Of a DNA stretch of 64,000 bases, positions 1 to 12,242 are shown piece by piece. Under the pieces are notes generated by a model. It made no database searches and was not told the DNA's origin. It saw only the letters and a program-made list of their open reading frames with translations. The first letter of the stretch is position 1, and each line of letters begins with the position of its first letter. Both the position numbers and the translations under genes were made by a program. Origin of the DNA: Podarcis bocagei (Eukaryota); the NCBI GenBank assembly GCA_964188305.1, contig OZ076886.1. One strand, written 5' to 3'.

Positions 1-370
1 CTCTTTTGCGTTTTGCTTTTTTCCTCTGGACTCTTGATGTGCATCTGTGCAGCTTGAATGGATGTGGGTGAGACGCGAGAGGAATCCTTGCAGCATAAAA
101 GCGCTGACGGATGTCAATTTTATCCCGATTTGTGACCACCAAATTGTCCTGTCCCATCATGAGCCCTAAGGGCTGCTGGAGTCCCCTCTCACAACATGCT
201 AATGGATCGAGGGATGTTGTGAATGTTCTTGATGTGAGCGTGGGGTCAGGGGTAGCAGTTACTATGGACGGGAAATCACCAGGAGGTGAACAGAACTGAA
301 TCGTGGCAGCGCAAGGAGTCTTGCTTGTAGGAGATGATGTCAGGTTAGCAGCAAGTGTAGAGCAAGACTA

Positions 371-501
371 TCATAGAATCATAGAACTGTAGAGTTGAGA
401 GGGACCCTGAAGATCATCTAGGAATATGCGGTTGCCCCATACGGAATCGAACCTGCAACCTTGGCACTGTCAGCACCACGGTCTAACCAAATGAGCTGTC
501 C
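371..501 (-). mobile_element. tRNA(Ile)-derived SINE with CR1-type 3' tail
   Basis: Minus strand reads GGACAGCTCATTTGGTTAGACCGTGGTGCTGACAGTGCCAAGGTTGCAGGTTCGATTCC (A/B boxes, tRNA-Ile-like), then GGTCCCTCTCAACTCTACAGTTCTATGATTCTATGA (CR1 tail). A truncated copy of the head is on + at ~1232-1272. Confidence 0.75.
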
Positions 502-3419
502 ACTAGTCAGGGTGGTTGGCGCCAGAAGTTGTTGAGCTACAACTCTCATCATCCCTCACACCATTAACTATTTTGCTTGAGGCTGTTGGTGGCTGTTAGT
601 CCAACACCGTCTGGAGGGCACCACGTTGGTTACCTCTGGCGTAGAGGGATGGGGTCCCGAGTGAGTGCTTTGGTGTGTGGTTTATGGGGGCAAAGGGCGC
701 GTCTAACCCAATAAATACGGCGCGCGTCTCTCCTCCTGTCAGCCGTTCTGTCTCTGCGAGTGAGGCAGAGGGGAGGGGGAGGGGGCTGTTTTGCAAGTGA
801 CAGGGAGGCGACACGTGGACAAGGCAGCCGCAGCTTCCTGCCTGGTGCAAAGGTGCCCCCTGCCCCGCACCCGTGTCCCTTCAGCCTGCATCACCCCTCT
901 GGGAGAGGAGCCAAATACCAAATGCTACGCAGAGATGCCTTTGCAAGGGCTTGAGTCTGGGGAAAACCATCGCCCTGGCTAGTTACAGGCACTCTCATCT
1001 GATGAGGATGATCATTATCATTATCCACATAATTCGTGTCTCTATTGCCGGTGGAGCTCGCTGCAACGGGATGTAGCGCTGGCCACCAACTCGGGCGGCT
1101 TTAAAGAGGAAAGCCAGGCCAGGCCATGCTGGGCAAGGCTATCAATAGCTACTAGGCACGATAGCTAAATTCTGACTCCGCTGGTGGTGGCAGAAAGTCT
1201 GAGGAACAACAACGGGGGAGGGCTATTGTCCTGGATAGCTCAGTTGGCTAGTGTGCGGTGCTGATGACACCCAAACGCCCAGGGTTTTTTGGGGGGTGGG
1301 TGGGTAGGAAGGAAGCTAGTCTGAGCACAGTGTACCAAACCGAGAGGGCAACAGAAGATAGCAGCGCCCTTAGCTGGGATCGGGGGATGTGGAGAGGAGT
1401 CAGCGAATTTCTCCCTGCTGAAGAACTGAGATATCCCCAGCAAACATTCCCTGGCCTGCCCTTGGGATTCTTAATCCCAGTCCGAATATGAGCTTTTCTT
1501 CAGTTCCTGGAGATTTTACATTTCTTAATTTTTACTTTTCCTGAAATCTTTGTTCTATTGGACAGATGTGCATCCCACTTGCAACCATTTTTGTTAAAAA
1601 AACAGGTCAGATCCTATGATATTTCTCTTTTTTAAAAAAAATAATGGTAATTTTGTGGAGTAGAAAAACAATGCTGTCCCCCCCTTCGCCTTTCACACCG
1701 CCTTCAGGCTTTCCCTAGAATGAGTTGGGCAATCTTAAATCCCCTCCCTCCAAGAAAAACCTTAGCTTATCAGGATTCGCCCCTAAATTTCCACATACAC
1801 CCACACTGCCTTGCTTCGTAGTGAGTTCACCTCCTACCCAGCCGCCCAACCCGATGGGGTCCTCCATTTGTTGAAAACACTTGGCCGGGAAGGCCAAAGC
1901 AGAGCCAAGGCCCGCGCGTTGTGCATTTGGTCTCCAAACAAGCGGAGGGAAGGTCACGACCCTGAACCGAGGAACCCGAACCTTCCATGGCTGTATTTAG
2001 CATCCGCCCCCACGAAGCAGGACCCGTCCAATCCATTTCAAAGGACGCTCCGCAAGAAGGACGGGCCGGACCTTCCCGTCGCTCGCCCTTGTGGCTGCCC
2101 AGTCTGTGCTGAGGGTTCTCGCTTGAGTTGAGCAGGACTTTTTTATTTTTTATTTTTGGGCAGCGCCGGCCGGCTTGAGCAGGTGGCGGCCTGGAAGAGC
2201 TGCCCTTCTTCCCCTGCAGGCCAGCGTTGCCTCGGAGCCAGGGGCTGCCGTCTCTGGGCGGCCCGTCCAAGGCAGGACCCAGCGGGTTTCTGCTCAATCC
2301 CATCAACGCGCTTGGCTGCCCCGGGGCTGAGGGGTGGTGTGAGAAGAATGAAGCGGAAAGGAGGGAGACCCCCGGCCGCGGGGACCTGGAAGGGGGGAAG
2401 TAGGGCGAGAGGGGACGGAGGTCAACGAGGGCTGACCCTGGCTGGGCTGCGGCCAACCAGGACCCTCCCCCCGCAACCTGGGGGCAAGGGGACCCCCTGC
2501 ACCCCACGGCAGAGTCAGAGGGCAACCCTTAAAAGGCGGGCAGCCCTTTAAAAAAAAGCCTCGTCCAGTTCACCAGAGAAGTCAGAAAGAGGCGGCGGGG
2601 AGAGGCGAGACAGTGACCACCAGTAGGAAGGAAAAGGAGTGCCGGCCTCACCCCCTGGGATTTACTGAAGCGCTTATTTGCATGAGCCGGTTCCCCCTTA
2701 TCTCAGTGTTCGCCCAGCGGGAGTCCTCCGCATCCGTCGGACTGCCACTTCCATCAGGCCACTCCTCTATCAGATATGCGACTGTGCTAGCTGAGGCTCA
2801 TGGGCATTGTAGTCCAAAACATCTGGAGGCACCAGGTTGGTCAGAAGAAGGCTGACTTCACCATCAGACCACTTTACACAGTGCGCCTGTTCTGTCGAAA
2901 TTCTAAACCTCCTTTATCAGTAGAAGCAAAGAATGGTAGTTATTCTGGAATGAATGAATCCAGACCTGTTGCGAGTTGCCAGTCTCCTGTTTAAAGCTCT
3001 TGGTTTCATGTGGAGGCCTGGGCTTCAGTATTGCACGCACGTCCATGGGAGTTAGACCTATTGGATCCTGTGGGATTTACTTCGGGATAAAGATCGAGGG
3101 GATCGGGTTACACATACTGCTTTAGCCTCAGGGCTAAAACTCCAATCTTATACTAACTGAACCGAGGGTAAGTTCTGTAGATCGCAGAGGCTCAGCTTTT
3201 GAACTCAGGGTTGCCCTGAAAATCGATTTTGCCTTTATAGCAAGGGTGGGAAATTCCTCTTCTTCCAAATGTTGCTTAACTGAGAATCACTTCGTCCTTG
3301 ACCGCTGGCTATACGGACTGGGGCTTACAGGAGCTGGAATCCAACGAAGTAGCAAGGGCAACAGACCCGTTTATAGTTCAAACCATGGAGAAGAGGCTTC
3401 TCCTTCCCTCTCTCTCTAT

Positions 3420-3741
3420 GACCCCATCTGCACTATATATTTAAAGCCGCATCAGACCACTTTACACAGTCTTGGCTTTCTTCCAAGAATCCTGGGAACT
3501 GTAGTTCGCTAAGGGTGCTGAGAATTTTCAGGAGGCACCTGCTCCTCTTTCAGAGCTACAGATCCCAGAATGGTTTAGCAGCCACCCCTTCTTGCCAGGG
3601 AATTCTGGGAATTGTACCTCTTTGAAGGGAACAGAGGCTTCCTAACAACGTTCAGGGTTAGCTAACTACAGTTCCCAGGATTATTGGGGGGGGGGGACAT
3701 GTGGCAGGATACTGTTTTAAATCTATAGTGCAGATGGGACC
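3420..3741. mobile_element. MITE with long terminal inverted repeats (possibly PIF/Harbinger-like)
   Basis: cccatctgcactata.atttaaa at the left end and tttaaat.tatagtgcagatggg at the right end; internal inverted gggaactgtagtt / aactacagttccc. Related pieces at ~9030-9170 and ~24650-24800. Confidence 0.65.
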
Positions 3742-4721
3742 TTTGTCACACTCCCTGGGAACTTAAATCGCCTTTCTATCATACTGATCAGCAGTGAGTC
3801 TTGCCATAAATGGCCTGTCCCATTAAAAACAGGGCGCTCTTCAAATCTCTCCAACTCATCTATTTAATGCAAATATCAAAGCAAAATCACACACCCGTGT
3901 TATAAGAGGAAAGCGATAAGGATTATAAAGCACTCAGCACCCGCCCCGGGTTACTGATAACAGAATCAACTCACAATCAAGGGACTAAAGATGAGGGGCG
4001 AGGGATACACACCTGCGGGAGCAAAACCCTCTATTTCCCCGGCTGACTCATAGATGGGTGTTTAAGAAGCTGCCATTAAAAAGCACTGTGACCCAACTGA
4101 CGTGAGGTGGTGGCTGTAAGTCATCACCTGAGGTCGCAGTCACTCAATATTGAATGCGCCGATTGTGAACTCCCTTAGCTTAATCTTCGGCACATTTAGT
4201 GGCAAGGGAATCTTCGCTGATTTCAATGGAATTTCCTTTCAGGCTCAGCTCAGAAAGAAGAGGTTCCTGCAGGCAGCGATATGAACAACGCAAAGTCTGC
4301 TGCTTGACTACAAATCCCATCATCCCTGACTGTACATTGACCCTACTGCCAGGGGCTTTATGGAAGTGTATTGCTTTATATATAGAACTCTTTGGGGGGG
4401 GGTCTTTAAACTTGTTTGTAAATCGCTTAGGTACTTTTTTTTGTTGGAAGCGACCCATAAGTCACCTACTCAGAAGTAAGTGCCACTGAATTCAGTGGGG
4501 ATTGGTCCCGCGCAAGTACTGTACGATTGCAGCTTAGGCGTTCCTGCATAGAGGTTTGCATTTAAATCAGTCCATTTAAGTCCAAGTGTTTTAAGGTCGG
4601 GTGTCATAAGTGTGCAAGGAGAGGAAAATATTGTTATTCTTTTATTACATTTCAATACAGTCGCTTCTCCGGAGAATTCAGGGCCTAGTGCCTGCATGCT
4701 TCCCTCCATTTTAACGGAACA

Positions 4722-4845
4722 CAGTGGCGTAGCGTGGGGGGTGCAGGGGGGGCGGTCGCACCGGGCGCAACATCTGGGGGTTAGGGTTAGGGGGCGCAAA
4801 TTACTTGCCTTGCCCCGGGTGCTGACAACCCACGCTACGCCACTG
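4722..4845. mobile_element. Young hAT-type MITE
   Basis: Perfect 17-bp TIR cagtggcgtagcgtggg / cccacgctacgccactg; perfect 8-bp TSD acggaaca (4714-4721, 4846-4853). Confidence 0.9.
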
Positions 4846-5279
4846 ACGGAACAACAACCCTGCGAGCTAAGTCAATCTGAAAGATGGTGACTGACTGCCC
4901 CAGGATCACTAGTAAGTTTAACTGCTGAAAAGGGGTTTGAATCCCGAGTCTCCCCAAAATCTAGTTCTTGGCCACGCTGGATGTCTATGTACAACCACGT
5001 TGCCAACAACACATCCGTCCTATTTAACATGTTGGGCAACAACTGATAAAAAGCTTCATTTCTAAAAGACAGGCGCATCCTCACTAAATCCCACTACTCC
5101 CCCCCCCAAAAAAAATAATAATAAATAAATTGTGGGATGAGAGAAAAAGAAGCGCCAAAGCAGCTAGTGAACATTCCTTGAAGACGTAAGCTTGCATTTC
5201 TTCTGTTCCCAGCTAGGGCTGCTGTTACAGTAGTCGGGCAAAAACCAGAATATATATTTACTTTCCTTCCCCCCCCCCC

Positions 5280-5550
5280 TCGCCGCCTTCTTGCAAAGCA
5301 GCGGCTGCGGTCCTCGCCGCTGAGCGGCCACGGGAAGCTTCCCTTGAAGCCAAGACACACAGAAACAACCATTGCCAGGGAGTCTCGGCGGCCGCAGCAG
5401 ATCAGAGGCAGCGCCGGACGCGCAAGGAAACTGACCGCGGCGAGCACTGAGTCTGCGCCAGCGAGGCGCTGCGCCAATAGGCGCGCAGCTCGCGGGTCAT
5501 TGGCTGGCTGAGGACAGCCGACTGGGACTCGATGTGGTTGTTGCTAGAGC
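5280..5550. promoter_or_regulatory. CpG-island promoter-like element with two opposed CCAAT boxes
   Basis: Very CpG-dense; CCAAT at 5474-5478, ATTGG at 5499-5503, GTTGCTAG (RFX half-site-like) at ~5540. Confidence 0.5.
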
Positions 5551-5553
5551 CTC

Positions 5554-5556
5554 TTT

Positions 5557-5628
<72 letters not shown>

Positions 5629-5629
5629 T
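5554..5629. repeat. (TTTC)n microsatellite
   Basis: Direct tandem repeat visible in sequence. Confidence 0.95.
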
Positions 5630-5985
5630 GGAATGTGCCTGACTAGATCACGGTCTTTTATTCTGCATTTGGCTATCTGATTATAATAAACGCCACCCCT
5701 GCCCTCAGGTTGTTGTTTCCACTAATATGGATTAATATTACAGTATTAGAGCTTCCCAGCGTTAGGGGCATGTTCATCACTACAGGGACATGGGAAGTGA
5801 ATTTCCTGCGCCGTACACTTGGGTCACAAAGAGCTGGGTGTCTTGGCCACTGTGTTTCAGTGCATGGCGATGAGAGTGAGAGAGCACTCGTGGTTTTGCC
5901 CCGGATTAATTAACCTGCATTGTTTTGGGGGATACGAATTGAATTGGGGTCTTCTGACTCCAACCTCCAGTCAAATGGGACGCAT

Positions 5986-6488
5986 TAGAATAGAATAGAA
6001 TAGAATAGAATAGAATAGAATAGAATAGAATAGAATAGAATAGAATAGAATAGATTCTTTATTGTCATTACACAAGTGCAACATTGTACAAAGTGCAACG
6101 AAATTGGATGCCATCCCTTAAAACATCAAAAGCAAAACAACAACAACAACCAAACAAACCACATTCCAGCCACACCCACACCACACCCATCAAACTCCCA
6201 GGTCACACTATCGAGTTACAGCATTCAAAAAGGCCACAGCTCTTGGATAGAAACTGTTTTTCAGTCTATTTGTCTTTGACTTGATGTTTCTATATCTCCT
6301 GCCAGAAGGCAGTAGTGCAAACAGACCGTGTCCCGGGTGAGATGAATCCTGCAGGATGTTATTTGCTTTCCTAAGACAACGGGAACCGTACAGTTCTTCC
6401 AAAGATGGGAGAGGATGACCAATAATCCTTTGGGCTGTGGTTATGACCTTCTGGAGCACCTTCCTCTCCCTAGCTGTACAACTGTACA
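5986..6488 (-). mobile_element. 5'-truncated Rex1/Babar-like LINE (C-terminus of the RT ORF, 3'UTR and (TTCTA)n tail)
   Basis: ORF 6208-6489 CTARERKVLQKVITTAQRIIGHPLPSLEELY..RCLRKA..ILQDSSHPGHGLFALLPSGRRYR..KTNRLKNSFYPRAV is typical of Rex1/Babar C-termini. (TAGAA)n at 5986-6054 is the tail. Possible TSD attagaa (5984-5990, 6489-6495). Confidence 0.85.
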
Positions 6489-6720
6489 ATTAGAAGGGGG
6501 CAACCATCCTATGAAACTATCTTGACCAGCGGGAAGGGCCATAGCTCAGTGCAGAAGCTCATGCGATGTCCCTGTCTTGTGTAGACAAAAGCCCAAATGC
6601 ATATGGCTTGGACTGTGAAATCAAGAGCCCCAGTTTCTTGCTAAAAGAAACGCAGGAAAATGCTCGTGCCCATCTCTCGCCGCGGGGCGGGGCAAACACC
6701 CTGAAATGGAAATCCTTGGG

Positions 6721-6859
6721 CATGGGAGTAGCCAGGATTTTTGTAAGGCTACCTTGTTAGGGGGACAGGACTTTTGTAGGAGGGGCGGAACCGGCGTGAT
6801 TGGTCAGTTAGTTAAGTATTGCCGTTGTTTTACTTGAACCCCCCTTGACTGCGCCCATG
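6721..6859. mobile_element. hAT-type MITE
   Basis: Ends catgggagtagcca / tgactgcgcccatg; 8-bp TSD tccttggg / cccttggg. Confidence 0.75.
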
Positions 6860-9800
6860 CCCTTGGGGGAAGTTGGAGAGACAATCTAGTTTACCAAGCA
6901 TCACCTACCTACAGACCTAGCACTGATAAATGCAAGGAGAGAAACGTCCCAATCCCAAGAAGACCAGAACAAACTTTACTCCCACCCACCCCATCTCTTC
7001 CTTTCTAGGCAAGAGACATTCCACTTTCAAAGGCAACAGATAACTGCGCCATATTCCTGGCTGAGGAATCTAATCCAACAGCTTCCTATTTGGTCTTGTG
7101 GAGGCAAAAGGTGGTGGTGGCGGCGAGGGGCGTGGATTCTGCTGCTCTTTGAATGAACCGTTCCTAGTGGCAAATCTCAGTTAACACACAGCACTGGGGC
7201 GGGAGGAGGGAGAGAGACCTGGACACCTGTTATCTCCGACCATAACGTAATCCATATAACCCTTCACCCACCAAAACTATTTTAATTAATCTAAAATGCG
7301 TGCATTGTGTTCTGTACAAACGATACTCTGCGCTCTCCATCTCCCGCTTATCATTTAGCTAGGAGAAATCTTTCGGGGAGTTTTAGGGAGCGGGGTGGGG
7401 TGGGGGTGGAATCGCAGTGAACACACCTGTTCTGTTTGCGTGCCAGGATCAGAAGCTGCAAACGACTCTAGGTTCCCTTATTTAAAACCAAGTACATAAC
7501 AACATCAAAACAGACGCTCAGAAGAGCCCAGTCCGCAAAGCCCGCCTAATCCAGGCCCTTTAAATTATCTTGCCCTGAAGTTCTCGCGCTCCGTTTGAAT
7601 TTGCTTGTGAACCCCAGTCTTCCCGAACTTCTCGAGCTGCTTTTTGTTCTCTTCACCCTCGATATTTACGAGATCCGTGGATTTCAGGTGCTTCCTCTCT
7701 CCGATAACAAGCGCTCCGGAGGCTGATATGCACAGAGAAGGGCGAGAGAGGGGGAGATTTGAGGTTATGAGCAAATAGTTATTGCACCCTTCTCTCTGCC
7801 CACTTTCCAACTTTTTTTATATAGTCTGTCATGCTGCCTAAGTTCCACGGTTTGCAGAGAGAGTGACACGTCTACAGACGCTGACGGGGCTGTGCGCTCT
7901 TACCTGCGAAAGGAGATGTCACCACAAGACTGCTGCCGGAAGTATGTGTGTTTCATTCTTAGTCCTGTCAGCACTCTGAAGAGCACAGCTGTAGCCGATT
8001 TCCTTCTCCCCCTTTCCAAGCCTGTCTGAGAACTAAACCCCCCCCCCTTGCTTTGGGGCTGCTCCCGTCCTCAAAAAACTGCATCCGCTCCCTAGCTTTC
8101 TGTTAAGCAGGAAACCACCAACGGTCGTGTGGTTGGTTGGAGTCCCTTTCTTGCTTCGAAAGCGGAAGGCAGGGGCTCCAGACGCGGGAGGTGGGGTGGG
8201 GACACTCGCAAAGGACTTGCAAAGTAACTAGTCCGCATTAAGCAACATCTTTTTAACAGCCTACCCAAACCGCCTTGGTAATCATCGATATTCAGGATTA
8301 ATTGACGCAGAGTAGGAAGGCAACAGCTTCTGCATGTCGTGTTAGGACAGCCCCAGTGACCTTTCCCTACAAAATAAAGGTGCCTGGAAGTCAAAGGTGT
8401 CTGGCTGTCATCACCCCGCCCCCACAATCCGGTCGCTACATCTGAATATCTGAAAGCATTACCTGTTGGATTTCTATGTTACGTCGCTGATCATTGGCAC
8501 GGGAGTCCGGACATTGGAGGAGAAATGGCAAGGCTGAAAATGGCTGCTAGTCTCACTTGTCTTGCATGTTGTGTGAGGTTCCTCAGCGGCTCTTGGAAGG
8601 AACTCAGGACATGCTCGAGGGTGGCACCCTTTCTCACGGGTGCCATTTAGAGAGGGAGGGGGGTTGGGTGTGCTCTGCAATAACAATTCCCTCTGTGCTT
8701 CATGGATACTGTTAAATCCTGATTCTGACAGCAGGTTCGAGCACTAAGGGAAGTCTGAAACCACTTCTCTGGGGAAGGTCAAGGGGAGATTCAGAAAATC
8801 ATACCCTTCTCTGCCCAAGGAAGTGGTTCATTTCTCCCATGTTAACTGGTTGCTCCACCTGTTCCAGGCTTGGCACAGATCATCGCGTTGCCTCGCACAA
8901 AATCACTTTTGTCTGCCGTTGAACCGGTCCTGGGGCTTTTCTTTCTAATGAGAGAGAGAGAAAGGACCAAGAGCGATTCCTTTTCTCTTTCTCACAAGGC
9001 TAGGCTCTGACTGCCAGTGCCTACACACCATCACAATTTGAAGCACATTCCCACTACCACAAAAGATTCCTGGGCATTGTAGTTAACCCCTCACAGAACT
9101 ACAATTCCCAGCAACCTTAGCAAACTGCAGTTCCCAGGGTTCTTTGAGGTGAGGGAAATGTATTGCATTTGAGAGGTATTCAAAACTGTGTTAAGCTGAT
9201 CAAAAGTTTCACTAAATCTGGGTGGACGAATCCATGATGTCACAGAGAAGGTGGGAAAGGGCTGCTACTGGCGTCCAGTGCTTATATAGATAGGTAAACT
9301 GATATTCACCGAAACCAACAAGTCCTGCCTTTGGGAAACCCGGCTTCCTCCTAAGCTCAGAGGCAGACGCTGGTTCTGGTTAATACAGCAAGGGGATTTG
9401 CATACCTTCTGCATAGTCATAGGGACAGGCTGGTTATTTCTTCTCCTATTCCACTCTCCCTCACCCCGCTGTACGATACTCCCCTCCAGGCTGCAGCCAA
9501 GTGGTAGCACGGATTTGAGGCCTGGCTGTCTACTATCCTATGCAGATTCCAGATTCCGTCCAAAAAGACCCCCCGAAGATGTGGAACAACAACAGCCCCT
9601 GGGGCAGGCGCAGAAAGGAAAATCATAGATGCGGCAAGCGGTGGGGAGTGAGGACAGAGTCGTACCAGGCGTTGCAATATCGTAACTGCATCAGTGCAAG
9701 GCGAATGGTCTTCGTAGAGAGCAGAAATACGTGAACCGCCTTGAGATCTACGGATGAAAGGCGGTATACAAATTTTATTAAGAAGAATAAGAATAAGAAC

Positions 9801-10801
9801 AGGGGCTGGATTCTGGGCATGCAAAGGAACCCGGCCCTGACATGGCCTTCTCCTGCAAAGAGCTAAGCACCAGAAAAGCAGGCAGAAATCACTCTTTCTA
9901 GAGAGATAATTTTTCCAACAACTATAACAGATAATAAATAAAACAAACATAAACGTAGACAGAGCACTAACAAAGTTTTCCACGCAACTGCAAATACACA
10001 GACGCGTTGAATCTTTACCTAAATCAAGGCAATGGTGTTCCATAGAAAAGAGGACTTTCCTGGAGATATTAACCATCCTTGATCATGTCTCCCTCCTAAC
10101 TGCTGGAACCCACTCTGTGTGTGTGTGTGTGATTTTAATCTCGCTTTCCAGACTGCTGTACTCCCTCCGAAAGCAGTTCGCTTCCATTACAGACGCAGAC
10201 TTACGAAATGAGAGAGTGGAAAAGGTCAAGCAGCGAGCAGTTTAACGATGCCGGGTGGGGAAAGTGATGAGTTATAAAAGAGGCATCTCTCGTCCAGCTG
10301 GGGCCTGGTTGTTGTTGTTGTTGTTGTTGTTGTTGCTTGCACAGGGGTCGGGTGTCCTGTGACTTTCTGCTGGGTCTTAGAACTGCGTGCACTGGCAGAG
10401 GCCAGAAGTCACATGACCTGCCACCGGCCCTTGAAGCAAACAGGCGAAGGATGCTGCCGGACCAGGCCAAACTCAGAGCTCTCGCCTTCCTGTCGGCTGC
10501 AAGGATTCCAATTCGACTGGAGTCGCTGTTCCTTCCTGACTTGCGTGCATCAGACTGTGGGGCTGTGCCGCATCCCCAATACTTGGCGCTTCCTTAGGTA
10601 ACTTCAAGCGCCTCACCTGTACCCGGTCTCAATAATCTCCTAACAACCCTGTAAAATAGACGAATGTGATTTTTATAATGCTCCAGTCTGGAAACGTAGC
10701 TTGCCTCAGGTCACAACCTGGATCCTCTTCATATCTTTACTTACAAGTAAGCACCGCTGCGTTCAGTGGAGCATATTCCCTTGCAGTTGCGAGATCAAGG
10801 C

Positions 10802-10984
10802 CAGGGGTGCCAACTTGAATCAAATATTGGGGGGGGGGGCAGATAAGCCCTGCCCAACATAATCGATCACATGACGTGGCACACAAACAGCATTTGAATG
10901 GGAATTCCCCACAATTTTTGAGGGAACCGGCCCCCTAAAATATTTAATTGGGGGGACAAGGGACCATAGGAGTTTGTTCCTATG
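10802..10984. mobile_element. hAT-type MITE (same family as 36726-36885)
   Basis: caggggtgccaacttgaat...aatcgatcacatgac...ggagtttgttcctatg; degenerate TSD atcaaggc / ggtaaggc. Confidence 0.7.
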
Positions 10985-11187
10985 GGTAAGGCTAAAGTGA
11001 GAGTTGAACGGCGCGGATTAACCGTTTCCTCGCCGCAACGGGAATAAATTCCATTGGAAGTAAGTATGTTTAGGGTAGAAGAGATTGCAGCCTTAACCGA
11101 CCCATCACAGCCAGTGCTGGACTGAGACCATAAAACTCACTGCAAAATCTTGGAGCAATCACTGCCTTTCAGCCTAACTCACCTAAC

Positions 11188-11507
11188 TAGGAACACAGAA
11201 AGCTTCCGTATCCTGAATCAGATCATTGGTCCTGCTGGTTCTGTATTGACTATGCTGGCCAGCAGTGGTTCTCCAGACAGGGGCATTCCCGGGCCGATCT
11301 GGAGATCACAGATTTGCAGAGTTGGAAGAGACCACAAGGGTCATCTAGTCCAACCCCCTGCAATGCAGTGGGGCACCAACCAACGACCCTGAGATTAAGA
11401 GTCTCACGTTCTACCAACTGAACTATCCCTCAGAGATGTTGGGGACTTGAACCTGGGACCTTCTGTATGCAACCTTGACGCTCTACCACTGAGCTACAGT
11501 CCTTCCC
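11188..11507 (-). mobile_element. tRNA-derived squamate SINE interrupted by a second SINE
   Basis: Head GGGAAGGACTGTAGCTCAGTGGTAGAGCG...GGTTCAAGTCCCC at 11430-11507; the body resumes at 11188-11304. Related copies at ~6531-6565 (head) and ~56880-57050. Confidence 0.7.
11305..11429 (-). mobile_element. tRNA(Lys-CTT)-derived SINE with CR1-type tail
   Basis: Minus strand GGATAGTTCAGTTGGTAGAACGTGAGACTCTTAATCTCAGGGTCG, then CTGCATTGCAGGGGGTTGGACTAGATGACCCTTGTGGTCTCTTCCAACTC. Confidence 0.75.
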
Positions 11508-12240
11508 CTGAGTTGGTGCCATCCACAAAGATAGTAGGCTTTGACGTGCCACAGACTTCGCTATCTTTTGCCACGTTTAAGCTGGAAGTGCCTACCGGAG
11601 GAGGAATAACAAAAAGCAAAACCGCCGCCATCTACTGTTTTTGAATGAACTGTCTTCTTGCCATTGGGGTGGGGGTCCGGATTCGCTTCTAAAGAGCGTC
11701 CCTAACTCCATTCTCTAGCAACCTCTCAATACTATGCATGTCGCTGTATAGTCGATAGGTACATCAGAAAAAGCGGTAAGGTTTTTAAGAAAATCTCTGA
11801 TCATTAATTCCTAAGTCCCGCTGCTGCTGCTGCTGCTTCAACAACAACAACAACAACAACAGGTTGGTGAGTGTTGCGTAGATCTCAAATGTGATCTTTT
11901 ATTCGCATAAAGTGACGACATTTTGGGCTGCGGAACTGGCCTCTCGTTCCGGCATTTCACTAGTGGAAAGTGCTTACTCTCCTGCAAGTCCTTACAGGGT
12001 CCCCCTCCCCTCCACGGACCGCAAACACCTTCCTGAAGGGCGGGTGACACCTCCGGAACATTATGGGGTGTAAGTAGCGGCAGCGAAATCTGCGGAAATT
12101 ACATGCGGATCTCCGCTGGACTTGCGCAAATCCACCGTTGCACACAGCCCGCTGAACTCAATGGGGCTTCGTTCTGAGCAGACCCGCGTGGGATCGCACT
12201 GCACAGCTGCAAGCCCGAACTCGCTAACTGGAAAGAGGCT

Positions 12241-12242
<2 letters not shown>

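Noticed and set aside
469-489. REST/NRSE-like TCAGCACCACGG
   Set aside because: Only the left half matches, and it derives from the tRNA-Ile-like SINE head.
371-501. Functional tRNA genes (also at 1232, 11380-11429, 11440-11507)
   Set aside because: Degenerate stems, no intact acceptor stem, and fused to SINE bodies or tails.
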